From IMG/VR virus record IMGVR_UViG_3300034033_000050: DNA of 64,000 nucleotides; one strand, written 5' to 3'. Numbering within the stretch: position 1 is the first letter of the stretch; every line of letters starts with the position of its first letter. Made by a program: the position numbers and the translations under genes. The notes beneath the pieces were generated by a model, which saw nothing but the letters and a program-made list of their open reading frames with translations, was not told the DNA's origin and searched no databases. Positions 28,843 through 39,646 of this stretch are shown here, piece by piece. This DNA comes from a virus.

Positions 28843-29907
28843 TTAAAATGGGAGCTCGCATCGTTTCGACCAATCATCACCACCACTTGCTTTGCAGTAT
28901 TTTTTAAAAACCTCAAACATCTTCTTAAATCCCCAATTTGCATCAAACTCAAAATTATTCTCTATTGCCATCCTTTTGGTATCTCGAAACGTCCTAGTTT
29001 TTTCATACCAATCATCATCATTAGAAACCTTTGCATGAGTATCTGCCCACAATTTAGCATCATCTTCTGCGTATTCATCCCATACAACTCTTCGCACAAT
29101 TGTAGTAGCTTTAAGTTGCATTATAAATTTCAATCTGTCTAGTTGTAGTTCAAGCATATCTCCAGGAAAATTCTCAGGCTCGCCTTCCCGCAAAACTCTG
29201 CCACCTATACCAGAAAAACCATTACAATTATTAATTACCATAACATCATCTAGCTCATCACCTATAAAAAAGTTTTGGTAAGGACCCGCCAGCACTAATC
29301 TTGGAAAAAGCGAGCAATCCAACATCACTTTGGCAATCTTGATAGTCAAATACTGTTTTTTAGAGCTGATGTTTTCCCACTCATCCTGACTTAGTTTTGA
29401 TTTAAGTTCGCTAGGCGATAGACCTGTTACCGCCACGATTGGAAGTAAGTTAAGATATTCACCCTTTAGATAGGCTTTTGTAACGATATCAAGATTAACC
29501 CACATACTCTCCAACAGAGCAGGGCAAATCTTGCCACCGACACGTATTCCCTGAGCAACCAACCTAGCCATAGGCTCAACAGGCTTCACCCAGTAGTCAT
29601 AAGAGGCTTTAATTAACCGAGCGTAAAACTTTTTACCAAAATACTCATAGAAATATTTATGTGCTTCATCCAATATATGAACAAAATTTCTCACGTTGCC
29701 ACGGAACTTTTCTGGAACATCAATATTGTTACTTTTAAGAATATCAACTTTATATAGCGTATGATGCTCCTTAAGATGGACAACTGGCATAAAAAACCCC
29801 TGATGCTCCCAATTACCTATTTTTGTAACTATATTTTTTTCATCAAAACTTATATCAAAACTACAACTCTCGTTTATTTTACTCAAATCAAACATATATT
29901 TTCTCAA
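28843..29907 (-). CDS. hypothetical protein, possibly related to the N-terminal part of phage PcfJ-like proteins
   Basis: LLPIVAVTGLSPSELK...W and RDTKRMA...FDANW segments; weak recall only. Confidence 0.5.
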   Translation of the reverse strand: MRKYMFDLSKINESCSFDISFDEKNIVTKIGNWEHQGFFMPVVHLKEHHTLYKVDILKSNNIDVPEKFRGNVRNFVHILDEAHKYFYEYFGKKFYARLIKASYDYWVKPVEPMARLVAQGIRVGGKICPALLESMWVNLDIVTKAYLKGEYLNLLPIVAVTGLSPSELKSKLSQDEWENISSKKQYLTIKIAKVMLDCSLFPRLVLAGPYQNFFIGDELDDVMVINNCNGFSGIGGRVLREGEPENFPGDMLELQLDRLKFIMQLKATTIVRRVVWDEYAEDDAKLWADTHAKVSNDDDWYEKTRTFRDTKRMAIENNFEFDANWGFKKMFEVFKKYCKASGGDDWSKRCELPF

Positions 29908-29976
29908 AGTTATTTACATTGAAAAATTATAACTAAACGGGAATCACAACCATTAACAGAACAATGACATAGCAGA

Positions 29977-30519
29977 CTAACCCGCCCTTTTCATTCCCTG
30001 TAAGAGCTCACCCTGAGTAGGGTTCCATTCCTTTTTATCCATAGAATTAACATGTTCTATTAATTTACTGATAAAAACCCTGGCATCTTTGTAGTTCCAA
30101 TATCTTTTGAGCGATTGTGCAAAATAGAAAGTACGATACCTCCTTCTTGTAAAGAACTTCATATCACGCCCAGTACCCATAGGACATTTCAAATAAACTT
30201 TTGATTTAGTGACATAAATATTAAATACATATAAACCCGTATCACTATCACGTTCAAAGCAATGCTTTATATCTGCAGGAATATCGACAAACCACTCTAC
30301 AGAAAAAGTAAACCTAACATCTTGCTCATAGTTGATACTTATCCGATTATCAGTCATAGCCTGTGCTAGATTGAAATTCTCACAACCTGAGTTATTACCA
30401 TCTAAATTATGACCATTGATCTCAACGACTCCTACATCATCAATAAACTTAACTACTCTTTCATACAGTTTATCGAAAAACCCATAATCACTAACATCTA
30501 CATTATCTAATTCACGCAT
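29977..30519 (-). CDS. hypothetical protein (180 aa)
   Basis: Intact ORF. Confidence 0.7.
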   Translation of the reverse strand: MRELDNVDVSDYGFFDKLYERVVKFIDDVGVVEINGHNLDGNNSGCENFNLAQAMTDNRISINYEQDVRFTFSVEWFVDIPADIKHCFERDSDTGLYVFNIYVTKSKVYLKCPMGTGRDMKFFTRRRYRTFYFAQSLKRYWNYKDARVFISKLIEHVNSMDKKEWNPTQGELLQGMKRAG

Positions 30520-30560
30520 TGCATACTATCCAATTAATTCAATACACTATTATCAATAAA

Positions 30561-30869
30561 CTAAAAATTACACACCAAAGGCCCATCTAACATTTCTAAT
30601 AAACCTAACATTTCATATTCATCACTATCTACAATCATACAAGGCTGTTCCCAATACTTTGATTTAAGAAACCACTCCTTGCCCGTGCTGACAGATTTCA
30701 AACTTAACATTTCATCATCAACACCTACCAAGTAGTAACAATCTGATTGACCAAGATGCTTAAGATGATTTAAAAACCCCGTGCCACCAAAAGCAATAAT
30801 CTTACCAATCAAATCAGCAAGAGTATCCTCGTCAACAAAAGGGAAGGGCATGTAATAAAGTATCATCAT
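30561..30869 (-). CDS. hypothetical protein
   Basis: Intact ORF. Confidence 0.6.
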   Translation of the reverse strand: MMILYYMPFPFVDEDTLADLIGKIIAFGGTGFLNHLKHLGQSDCYYLVGVDDEMLSLKSVSTGKEWFLKSKYWEQPCMIVDSDEYEMLGLLEMLDGPLVCNF

Positions 30870-31265
30870 GCATCAGCGTGGTTAAACACAACCCAATGAT
30901 ACCAACGCCTAACAAAATCAAGCGGAGCTACCCCCAACAAAACTCACCTTTTCATGATGATACTATGATGCTCAATATTGACTATATAAGTCAAAATAAT
31001 ACCAACCCATGATGAAACTCTATTCCTTGCTTACAATCCATGTAGACTGGAAATAAAGTATCATCGCCTTTAATAAAGTGTCATCCTCTAAATTAACAAA
31101 TAACCATATACAGTTATTTGGTCAAATTAATTCCAAATAATTAACTAATATCTGGAATTTTACGATGATACTTTAAATTTAAAATTTACTAAATTAAGCA
31201 AAAAACTAACCTATAATACCGTTTTAACGATTAAACTTTATTTTCAATCTACAATCCATTAAACC

Positions 31266-31541
31266 TTAAACATATGGCATACAGGTTTCGTCTTTAGCAA
31301 CATTGGCACAAAATCCTACAGCACCTTCATTTCTCAAATCAAAGCCCCTGGCATCGGTTATTTGAGTGTATTTAATAGCGGTATCTCGAATACTCCGCCA
31401 AAAATTCTGTTGCAGAGTTCTGTGCTCTTTGGCAACCACCTCAGCAATCGTCTGACCTACTGCATCAGCACCACCCATGATATTTAACTGTGACATCAAC
31501 ACACCAATAGCACTGGCAACCTTTTCTTTATCTATACTCAT
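31266..31541 (-). CDS. hypothetical protein
   Basis: Intact ORF, GAGG RBS, GT-N5-TATCAT upstream. Confidence 0.7.
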   Translation of the reverse strand: MSIDKEKVASAIGVLMSQLNIMGGADAVGQTIAEVVAKEHRTLQQNFWRSIRDTAIKYTQITDARGFDLRNEGAVGFCANVAKDETCMPYV

Positions 31542-31597
31542 GACCTAAACCTCAAAATTAATAACAGTTAATGATAATTAGACTCAAAATCGATAAA

Positions 31598-31804
31598 TTA
31601 AACCATCTCAACAATTTTAAAAAACTTTACATCTTGAGATTTCAATTCATCTAACGAAGAACAACGGTCATCGCCAACACAGTTCTCATCCCCATAAAAA
31701 ATAAGATCCTCATCAGGGTTACAACCACTCATGCGAAACATTTGACCATCAATTGAAATAAACGCACTCTCCAACAACTTAAACCTCAACTCATCTTTAT
31801 CCAT
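31598..31804 (-). CDS. hypothetical acidic protein
   Basis: GGAG RBS. Confidence 0.65.
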   Translation of the reverse strand: MDKDELRFKLLESAFISIDGQMFRMSGCNPDEDLIFYGDENCVGDDRCSSLDELKSQDVKFFKIVEMV

Positions 31805-31862
31805 AATTACTCTCCAAAACTAAATAAAATAAAATAACCAACAAAGCACCAACGAATAATGC

Positions 31863-32087
31863 CTAGCAAGGTAAACCATATGAAAAACTCCATGCTCCAG
31901 AATAAGATGGAGACGAATCACTTTCAAAACACAATTCTCCAGAGGTAAAGCCACCCTTTCTCATCTCCATAATTCTTTCCTCTGCGTGCTCTTCTAACTG
32001 CTCAAGAACGTCATTCGGTATAGTTTCTTTACTCCCATCTGAACGCCACCAATTAAATTTTATATTTATTACACTTTCTATAGACAC
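31863..32087 (-). CDS. hypothetical acidic protein
   Basis: GGAG RBS, GT-N5-TATTAT upstream. Confidence 0.65.
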   Translation of the reverse strand: MSIESVINIKFNWWRSDGSKETIPNDVLEQLEEHAEERIMEMRKGGFTSGELCFESDSSPSYSGAWSFSYGLPC

Positions 32088-32136
32088 TTTAATCTCCTAC
32101 ATTAATATCAATTTATAATAACTACACTCAAAACCG

Positions 32137-32640
32137 TTACAAATAAATAACCAGATTTCCAGAAATTCTAGGATTAAAATCCCTTAGCTCCTTACTAACC
32201 TGATACAGTCCTTGTTTAATATCGTTGATTATAGAAATCACCTCACCGCCATGGTGAAAGGTGCGAAGCTCATGAGATGATTTAATCAAAGAGTTCAAAA
32301 CATCATCATCACGGTACCCAGAAAAAATACCTTCACTAATTTTCTTTTTCCATCTAATCACCAGGCTTGAGTATAACTCCCTGTATTGAGCTACTTTAGA
32401 CAAATAATCTTGCTTATAATCAAGCAACTGTTTTTTCATACCTGAGTTAAATTTCACTTCAATGCCATCCCTTGACTTAATCTCGTTGACCAAATTCCGT
32501 CTTAACGCCAACAAGCCATTAATATTCAATGGCTCAACATTAAAAGCACTGACAAAAATAGTATGCTCACTTGCCACATATATTCGTTCATCATTCACAC
32601 ACACATCGCTTAACTTAATTCTTTTATTCATGCAACTCAC
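32137..32640 (-). CDS. hypothetical protein
   Basis: GT-N5-TATTAT upstream. Confidence 0.65.
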   Translation of the reverse strand: MSCMNKRIKLSDVCVNDERIYVASEHTIFVSAFNVEPLNINGLLALRRNLVNEIKSRDGIEVKFNSGMKKQLLDYKQDYLSKVAQYRELYSSLVIRWKKKISEGIFSGYRDDDVLNSLIKSSHELRTFHHGGEVISIINDIKQGLYQVSKELRDFNPRISGNLVIYL

Positions 32641-32728
32641 CGTTTAATCATAAACATATAATAACAACACTAAACATACAAAAAGGCGCACAATGACGCC
32701 TTTTTAGTTCATTACATCAAGCCCTTAA

Positions 32729-34282
32729 CTAAGCTGCTTTTAATAAGTGTTTCTTACCATCAAACATCTCAACTTCGACCCCTTTTTCTGAGAGATTGAT
32801 ATTGGTAATATCAGTAGCCTTGCACCACCCCAACATTTCGCGCACAGACTCCCAAACAAGAGAAACATCAATTGATTTATTGTATCGGTTCATAATGCTA
32901 TCAAAATCAGCGTTATATGTATCTAGTTCACAATCAGGACAGTGGTTTTCCCATAGATACTGAACAAAATCCCCATCTACACAATCCGTATAAAATGCCG
33001 TGCCTCCCTCATCAATAAACCACTCAATATCATCATCACCAATCTTTAATGATTCACACAAAGTCACACAGCTAAAACCAATATAATTATCAATAAAACC
33101 TTTAACAGATTTAAACTCAATATTTATTTCAGAACGATATAAATCCAACACTCTCTTAGGAGCTTTCGTGCCCCCAATGACCAAAGACACCTTTTCAAAG
33201 CCACTGCCCAACCTACAAAGCTCTAGTTCGTCCTCGTGACCATTACATGATAGCTTTGTACTGTCATCATAAACCCCTCTTACACCAGCCAAAGACACAT
33301 CCCTTATATAAGAAGAAGTCCCAATATACCCAACCTTGACCTCGCCCCAAAAATCAAAGTGCTCAACCTGATAACTGCCTTTTAAGCAACGCAAATAATT
33401 CAAAATCCCACAACTGCCTTTGGATTCTAAAAAGACAGTATTTAATCGCTCTTCAAATATAGCCTCAAGTTTTCCATGAACGATAGCCAACTCATCTGCT
33501 GAATTACTAATAGACCGTCTATCTGGTAGAGTAGGGGAGATACAATCAGTACAGCCATTAACAACAATGGTAAAAGGTGCAATCTCTTTACAGGCTATAT
33601 GCTTTCCATGCCAATACAATTCGCCCGAGCCCTGATTAGAAACTCCAATGACACAACCTTCAAAATCACCCGCACCCTTTTCACTAATTAGCCAATCATG
33701 CTCATCACGCCTTACTTTTACACCATTAATTACAATATCGAGATTATAAAATCTATAGCCAGACAACCTGATATTATCCATTTCCTTAACACTATAAAAA
33801 ACATGGTCTTTCAAAGATTCAATAAAACCCTCTTTACAAACAAATTCACTGGTGAAGCCATCAACATAATCATCACACTCAAGCAAATCTTGATTGTCCA
33901 GTAACTCAACAACCTCTTGGCGATAAGTAGGCTCTGACCAAAATCTATCACAATCAATACTCAGTTGCTTATTGCCACTTCTAAAAGTAGCTTTTGTCGA
34001 GGCAGCAATCATCATGAAAACGCCCATACCAGCTGGTTTCTGGTCAGAAACCATTTGCGCATCATAGCCAGTATCAGCCACTCTTAACAAGTGAGTGAAG
34101 TCAACAAGCACATCACCATCATTGTGACACGTTATGATGCCGCTATCACCAAGCTCGATTTTGCAATTTTGGGCATGTGCGCGAACAGCATTTTCAATAA
34201 GCTCCTCGATAATCATGTTTTTATTACCGATAAATTTCAAAACATCTGAAAAGAACCGTGACTCATTTATTAATTTACTCAT
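32729..34282 (-). CDS. GHKL (HATPase_c) ATPase domain protein
   Basis: EELIENA (N box), NDG (G1), GMGVF (G2) in the N-terminal ~120 aa; unassigned C-terminus. Confidence 0.7.
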   Translation of the reverse strand: MSKLINESRFFSDVLKFIGNKNMIIEELIENAVRAHAQNCKIELGDSGIITCHNDGDVLVDFTHLLRVADTGYDAQMVSDQKPAGMGVFMMIAASTKATFRSGNKQLSIDCDRFWSEPTYRQEVVELLDNQDLLECDDYVDGFTSEFVCKEGFIESLKDHVFYSVKEMDNIRLSGYRFYNLDIVINGVKVRRDEHDWLISEKGAGDFEGCVIGVSNQGSGELYWHGKHIACKEIAPFTIVVNGCTDCISPTLPDRRSISNSADELAIVHGKLEAIFEERLNTVFLESKGSCGILNYLRCLKGSYQVEHFDFWGEVKVGYIGTSSYIRDVSLAGVRGVYDDSTKLSCNGHEDELELCRLGSGFEKVSLVIGGTKAPKRVLDLYRSEINIEFKSVKGFIDNYIGFSCVTLCESLKIGDDDIEWFIDEGGTAFYTDCVDGDFVQYLWENHCPDCELDTYNADFDSIMNRYNKSIDVSLVWESVREMLGWCKATDITNINLSEKGVEVEMFDGKKHLLKAA

Positions 34283-34347
34283 AAAACATTCCTATATTAA
34301 CGAATTAAAAAACAATTATAAAACGACTATAAATTCAAGCCATAAAA

Positions 34348-35166
34348 CTAAACAAGCCTTCCGTTTATATATCCCTTCAGTTCTACAATATCATTTGAAA
34401 ATTCTCTATTGACTCTATCAATACACTTAAGAGCATCACCTTTCTTTATAAACTTATGTCCAAAACTCCCATTCTCAGTGTATTTATAACCATTTTTCAA
34501 AAAACGAATAAAGAAACCCACATCCTTAATATAAACTTTAAAATAATCCAATACATCCACTCGCTCTTTAGGCTTTTTTACTACAGGAAAGAACCTGGAC
34601 TTAATTTTTTTCATCACATCCTCATTTAGACCCGTTAGAGTAAGAAACACACAATCATTAATTGTGTAGCTCTTAACAAAGTCCAATAACTGCACGGTGG
34701 TTGAATAATATGTTGTGAATGGCTTTATACCTCGCTGCTGTGCTTTATACCCCGTACTCACCTTGACACGAACTCCAGCGGTTGCTAACTGCTCAACAGT
34801 TAATGCTTTTTTACACCCAACCTTAAACATATTGAGATAAGAACGAAATGTCATATTCCTTTGACCTTTGTGATAATAACCTTTTGAGCAGCCCCAACTG
34901 TCATCATCCCAACCCTCGCCATTTTTTTCATACCGTGCTTTTTCCTCGTCACGATATGCCTGTGCAACTAATTGCATTTCTTGCAAAGTTCCAGCAAAGC
35001 TCCCGCCAGTAAGATGCGGTCTTGCCTCCCAACTTCTGTCCATCTGCCATTTGCCAGTACGGTCATTAAAAGAAGTTCCACTACTACAGCCCTCCAACAA
35101 AACAGGAACACAACGACCATCACCAAGTTCGATGAATTGTTTATCAAATAAAATGTTATAGCTCAT
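34348..35166 (-). CDS. hypothetical protein (272 aa)
   Basis: Motif promoter at 35197. Confidence 0.75.
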   Translation of the reverse strand: MSYNILFDKQFIELGDGRCVPVLLEGCSSGTSFNDRTGKWQMDRSWEARPHLTGGSFAGTLQEMQLVAQAYRDEEKARYEKNGEGWDDDSWGCSKGYYHKGQRNMTFRSYLNMFKVGCKKALTVEQLATAGVRVKVSTGYKAQQRGIKPFTTYYSTTVQLLDFVKSYTINDCVFLTLTGLNEDVMKKIKSRFFPVVKKPKERVDVLDYFKVYIKDVGFFIRFLKNGYKYTENGSFGHKFIKKGDALKCIDRVNREFSNDIVELKGYINGRLV

Positions 35167-35261
35167 ATCAAAATCCTAAATAATCTAATTAAAACCATTA
35201 TAGAAAGGCAAAAAAAAGAGCCGATTAAGACTCTTTTAAGAATTATACACCTTATTTAAAT

Positions 35262-35879
35262 TTACAAACCCCCATTTAAATACATTAATTTAACTGGGGA
35301 CTTCCATACTCTTAAATCTGAAAGATAGGTAATCACATCATTTATAGTGAGATAATCCCGCTTGGATTCCGCATCATTCCATACGTACATGGTTCCCTCA
35401 TATCCATCAACGCCATACAAATGCGCAAAGACAACACCATCACAATCAAACAACTTGTATGACAACTCATTATAATTAAGAAACTCTATAGTGGAATACT
35501 CATCCAGAAACACGAAACCATCCCGTTTAATTGTATCTAACTCAAACAATACACCTCCAAATAAAATGTATTCCATATCATCAAAGTCATTCCATTCAGT
35601 AAAATAGCAATATTCTTGCTCATAGGCATCTTTTAAATTCTTGAAACCCTCACTCACAACTACTTTTAACGCATCTTTTTCTTGCGCAATATAACGACTG
35701 CCTTGAATTACAAAACCACTATTCATGCCCTTGCCAGTAACAGAGCATTTACGTGCAAAAAGAATATCAACATCACGCACAATCTCTTTCTTTTTTTCAG
35801 AAATCGCAACAAAACAATCTGCGTCTTTACGCTCCTGAAGGGTGGCTAGTTCACCCATAAGCTCATTATATAAATTCAT
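35262..35879 (-). CDS. hypothetical acidic protein, intact paralog of 11163-11899
   Basis: LFARKCSVTGKGMNSGFVI; GT-N5-TATAAT at 35906. Confidence 0.8.
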   Translation of the reverse strand: MNLYNELMGELATLQERKDADCFVAISEKKKEIVRDVDILFARKCSVTGKGMNSGFVIQGSRYIAQEKDALKVVVSEGFKNLKDAYEQEYCYFTEWNDFDDMEYILFGGVLFELDTIKRDGFVFLDEYSTIEFLNYNELSYKLFDCDGVVFAHLYGVDGYEGTMYVWNDAESKRDYLTINDVITYLSDLRVWKSPVKLMYLNGGL

Positions 35880-35999
35880 ATCTCACCATTATTCTAATTA
35901 TTAAGATTATAGAGTGACTATAAAGACCAAGCCTTATTCACATAAAGCCATTTTCATAACCAACACCCCAAATAAAAATAAATAAAACATATTAGACAT

Positions 36000-36758
36000 T
36001 CACTTATTGCAATCAAAAAATGCTTTCGCAAAACCATTAGGTGTTACGCTCCTTAACATTTTCGTTCTTTCACTAGATCCGCCTAAAGATGTGTGCATCT
36101 TGCTACCAAGATGAGGAAATACACTCCTATCCTCACCAATATTGGCAACAGTCGGAGGAACAAACTTACCCCAAAGCCCCGTTTTCTTTGTGTAAGCCTC
36201 GCCTTCAAAGCCTTCGGCATAATCACAAGGGTTGAAATAAAAGGGTTTAGAATTTAATTCAGGTATTAATTTAGCCATTCTACCAACTGGATTTTCTATC
36301 ACCCAAAACTCTGGGTCATAAAGCTCAACTGTTCTTAAAGCTTGTCGTACTAAGTGTATTGCTTTTTGTGTACGCCCGCTTAAATCTTTTTGGGCGAACC
36401 AACGAGCACCAGAACAAGCGAACTCAGTACATGGGCAGGCAGCTAAAACCCCCCACACACCCTCAATACCAAGCTCCTCAAACAAATACTCACAACAAAA
36501 ATCATTAATATCAATTCCGTGCTTCAAATCTAAATTAATAACATTGTATCCCGCATCCCAATATGGCTTTGCCCATTGCCCAGTAAAATCAAATAAACTC
36601 AGAATAGTTTTTGTACAATTACTATCATTCCTTCGCTCACCGGCTTCTGCCAACCATTGCTCTTCAGACGATTCACTAACACTGCGTATAAACTCAGGAT
36701 CGGCAAAATATTCTTGCCTAAGAAAATCCAAACCCATTTGTAAATCATGCTTACTCAT
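36000..36758 (-). CDS. short C5-cytosine DNA methyltransferase-like protein
   Basis: LSLFDFTG (motif I), AACPCTEF (motif IV), VIENPVG (motif VI). Confidence 0.75.
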   Translation of the reverse strand: MSKHDLQMGLDFLRQEYFADPEFIRSVSESSEEQWLAEAGERRNDSNCTKTILSLFDFTGQWAKPYWDAGYNVINLDLKHGIDINDFCCEYLFEELGIEGVWGVLAACPCTEFACSGARWFAQKDLSGRTQKAIHLVRQALRTVELYDPEFWVIENPVGRMAKLIPELNSKPFYFNPCDYAEGFEGEAYTKKTGLWGKFVPPTVANIGEDRSVFPHLGSKMHTSLGGSSERTKMLRSVTPNGFAKAFFDCNK

Positions 36759-36867
36759 AAAATAGAACCAATTTTATTATTAATACATTACAATTATAGA
36801 AAGACACAACATACATATAATGAAAAAAGCATCCTTGCTCATATTTACACATCGCACAAAACAAAAT

Positions 36868-37221
36868 CTATTTGCCCTTGTTTTCCCATAATGAATTAAT
36901 GCGGCGATGATGCATAACATTATGTTTAATATCATCATGACGTAAACCACGTATATGAGCTTCTGGCACCTCCCATGCATCCCATATTGCCAGATGAATT
37001 AAAGTGCTTGCATCAAAAACAATATAGTCAGCAGTTCCATCAGCAATGGGAAATTTAATAATATCTCCTGCAAACTCATAGCCGCTATTTGCCTTGCAAT
37101 ATTCTTGAACCTGCTTTGTGAAAACATCAACCTCACGGACATAATCATCAACACATGAATCAGATGTAAAACCCAAATCTGGCACCTTAATTGATTTAGG
37201 TGGATTTATTGCTTTTGCCAT
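36868..37221 (-). CDS. hypothetical protein
   Basis: GT-N5-TAAAAT upstream; FPIADG...LIHL motif. Confidence 0.7.
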   Translation of the reverse strand: MAKAINPPKSIKVPDLGFTSDSCVDDYVREVDVFTKQVQEYCKANSGYEFAGDIIKFPIADGTADYIVFDASTLIHLAIWDAWEVPEAHIRGLRHDDIKHNVMHHRRINSLWENKGK

Positions 37222-37372
37222 AATTAATTACCAACAGTTAAAAACATATTTTAATCACACTACAAATCAAATGAAGCATTACCAAACCCCAAAAAAATAA
37301 AAATAACATTAGTTACCAATGAAGCATCTGATATAATAAAGACTCATTAAAACTAGAAAAAGGAGAAACAAA

Positions 37373-38311
37373 ATGAAATATTTGATCATATTGACCACAC
37401 TATTCATTTCAATATCAGCACAAGCAATAAAACCAGTAGATGGCTTTTATTGGGACCCTACAAGTAGCGGGCGTGGCTTAACCATAGAGGTCCAAAAAAA
37501 TACGCTCGTTGTTGCATTTTATGCCTATGATGATTCAAATATAGGTAGATGGTATCTGGGAAGCGGGCCTTACGACTCAAACGCAAGCGTATTCAACGGC
37601 CACTGGGATGCATATGACGGAGGGCAATGTGCAGGTTGCGCATATACATCACCTACAATAAATACAGGAGAATCAAAAGGAGCGTTCACAATAAATTTCT
37701 TAAGTTGGCAAAAAGCACGTATGACGTGGGCTGGCGGAACAACTAATCTTGAGAGATTTAATTTTTCATACCCTTCACCTAATTCTTACATTCAAGGAAC
37801 ATGGGTAACTACAGAATTCATAGACACTTTAGCCATTGGAGAAAAAACTATTTTTATGGGGGAAACATTTATTAATGATGGAACCGAATTTGTCCAAGGA
37901 AGTCTTTTTGGCTCTTTAAGCCGTCCCGCAGTTGGTAGTTTAATCGAAGTTGATCCAGCAGATGGTGAAAATATATATGGTATTTTGTTAGATTCGTCAT
38001 CAAGCTTTTATCGGTACTATGTTTATAAAGCAAATAAAAATAAGTTTGCAGGCCTTTCTTACCTTTACCTTAAAACAGAACAACCAGGCTCTGGTTTACC
38101 AGTGATTGGGAGTAAAATTGGAGAATATCAACCAACAACAAAAAATTCTAAATCAGTGCCAGAAAATGAACGCCCACTTCAAGATGAAATTGATGCGCAC
38201 GAGTATGCTTTACAGAAAGAGCATAGTACATCAAAGGGCGGGGTTGAGATAACCCAAATACAACTGGATACACTTATGAAATTACAGAATCAAATAGAAA
38301 CTCAAAAATAA
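37373..38311 (+). CDS. secreted beta-rich protein with Sec signal peptide
   Basis: AQA cleavage site; GFYWDP-SSGRG-IEVQ...YAYD...WY...GGQCAGC repeat-like module; AGGAG RBS. Confidence 0.8.
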   Translation: MKYLIILTTLFISISAQAIKPVDGFYWDPTSSGRGLTIEVQKNTLVVAFYAYDDSNIGRWYLGSGPYDSNASVFNGHWDAYDGGQCAGCAYTSPTINTGESKGAFTINFLSWQKARMTWAGGTTNLERFNFSYPSPNSYIQGTWVTTEFIDTLAIGEKTIFMGETFINDGTEFVQGSLFGSLSRPAVGSLIEVDPADGENIYGILLDSSSSFYRYYVYKANKNKFAGLSYLYLKTEQPGSGLPVIGSKIGEYQPTTKNSKSVPENERPLQDEIDAHEYALQKEHSTSKGGVEITQIQLDTLMKLQNQIETQK

Positions 38312-38325
38312 ATTACTATGACTTT

Positions 38326-38362
38326 AACCCAGATACTCTCTTTCTATGAAAGTATCTGGATT
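38326..38362. terminator. hairpin between convergent genes
   Basis: CCAGATACT/AGTATCTGG stem. Confidence 0.6.
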
Positions 38363-38373
38363 CATAACTTAAC

Positions 38374-39084
38374 TTATTTGTTAATATGCCTCTTTTCCTC
38401 ATTAATTAGATAATTAACTAAATGAGGAACACCAGTTGTTGCCACAGATTTGTTTAAAGACATATTTGTAATTCCATTATTTTCAGCATTTGGATCAATA
38501 TAATAACAAGGAGATATTCCTTTTTTGTAGTGCAAAAGACTAGCTGCAGGAAACACCTGCAAAGAAGTACCTACAACAATGAGAATATCAGCATTTTCCA
38601 CAAGCTGTGCCGCATACCCAAACAAAGGCACTTCTTCACCAAACCATACAATATTAGGCCTTAATTGAAACCCGTCAACGCCACAATCACCTAAATTTAA
38701 GTCACTATAGCCAATATCATAAACATCTTGCGAGTTAATATTAACACTTCTGGCTTGAGTTATCATTCCATGTAAGTGGACAACATTAGAAGAGCCTGAA
38801 CGCTCATGTAAATCATCAATGTTTTGCGTAACAATTGCAACATCAAACAATTGCTCCAACCTCGCTAAAGCAACATGCGCCTTATTTGGGGCCGTGTTAG
38901 AAATCTCATTTCTTCTTTTATTATAAAACCCTAAAACCAAACCCGAATTTTCATTCCACCCATCTACACTTGCCACTGTGCGAACATCATGCTTAGCCCA
39001 AAGGCCATTTCCATCACGGAAAGTTTCAATCCCACTTTCGGCGCTAACACCCGCTCCAGTCAACACTACAATATTTTTTATCAT
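38374..39084 (-). CDS. cobB: NAD-dependent protein deacylase (Sir2/CobB, no Zn cysteines)
   Basis: GAGVSAESG, TQNIDDLHE, HLHG, RPNIVWFGE, GTSLQV. Confidence 0.9.
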   Translation of the reverse strand: MIKNIVVLTGAGVSAESGIETFRDGNGLWAKHDVRTVASVDGWNENSGLVLGFYNKRRNEISNTAPNKAHVALARLEQLFDVAIVTQNIDDLHERSGSSNVVHLHGMITQARSVNINSQDVYDIGYSDLNLGDCGVDGFQLRPNIVWFGEEVPLFGYAAQLVENADILIVVGTSLQVFPAASLLHYKKGISPCYYIDPNAENNGITNMSLNKSVATTGVPHLVNYLINEEKRHINK

Positions 39085-39157
39085 AAGCCATTATACAAAT
39101 ACAAAAAAAGGGCTGCAACCTATCAACCCTTTTAATTTGACACCATGTTTGTGGTAA

Positions 39158-39646
39158 TTAAAAAGGCTGATCCATATCTGAATCAAAATCATCAAAGCTA
39201 GGCGTTGAAGCTGGAGCTTGTGGAGCTTGTGGAGCTTGTGGCTGTGGAGCTTGTGGCTGTGGAGCTTGCTGATTACTACCACCTCTTGGCTGCCCACCTT
39301 GGGCTGAGCCATTGCCTGAATTACCAAGCATTTGCATCTCATTTGCCACAATTTCGGTAGTGTATCGATCAACACCATTTGCATCAGTCCATTTGCGGGT
39401 TTGATTTTTACCCTCAATTAGCACCTGACTTCCTTTTTTTAAATACTCTCCAGCAATCTCAGCCAACCTACCAAAAAACACAATTTTATGCCATTCGGTT
39501 TTAACCTTATCTTCACCGGTACTCTTATCTTTCCACGACTCTGATGTTGCTACTGATATATTTGTGACCGCAGCGCCTGCCGCAGTATATCTCACCTTAG
39601 GATCTTCCCCTAAATTACCAACCACAACTGTTTTAGAATAACTCAT
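39158..39646 (-). CDS. ssb: single-stranded DNA-binding protein
   Basis: OB-fold motifs [22 protein letters not shown]; PQAPQ linker; acidic tail ending DQPF. Confidence 0.95.
   Translation of the reverse strand: MSYSKTVVVGNLGEDPKVRYTAAGAAVTNISVATSESWKDKSTGEDKVKTEWHKIVFFGRLAEIAGEYLKKGSQVLIEGKNQTRKWTDANGVDRYTTEIVANEMQMLGNSGNGSAQGGQPRGGSNQQAPQPQAPQPQAPQAPQAPASTPSFDDFDSDMDQPF

Noticed and set aside
39209-39270. Short GGAGCTTGT-type tandem repeats
   Set aside because: They encode the ordinary PQAPQ linker of SSB
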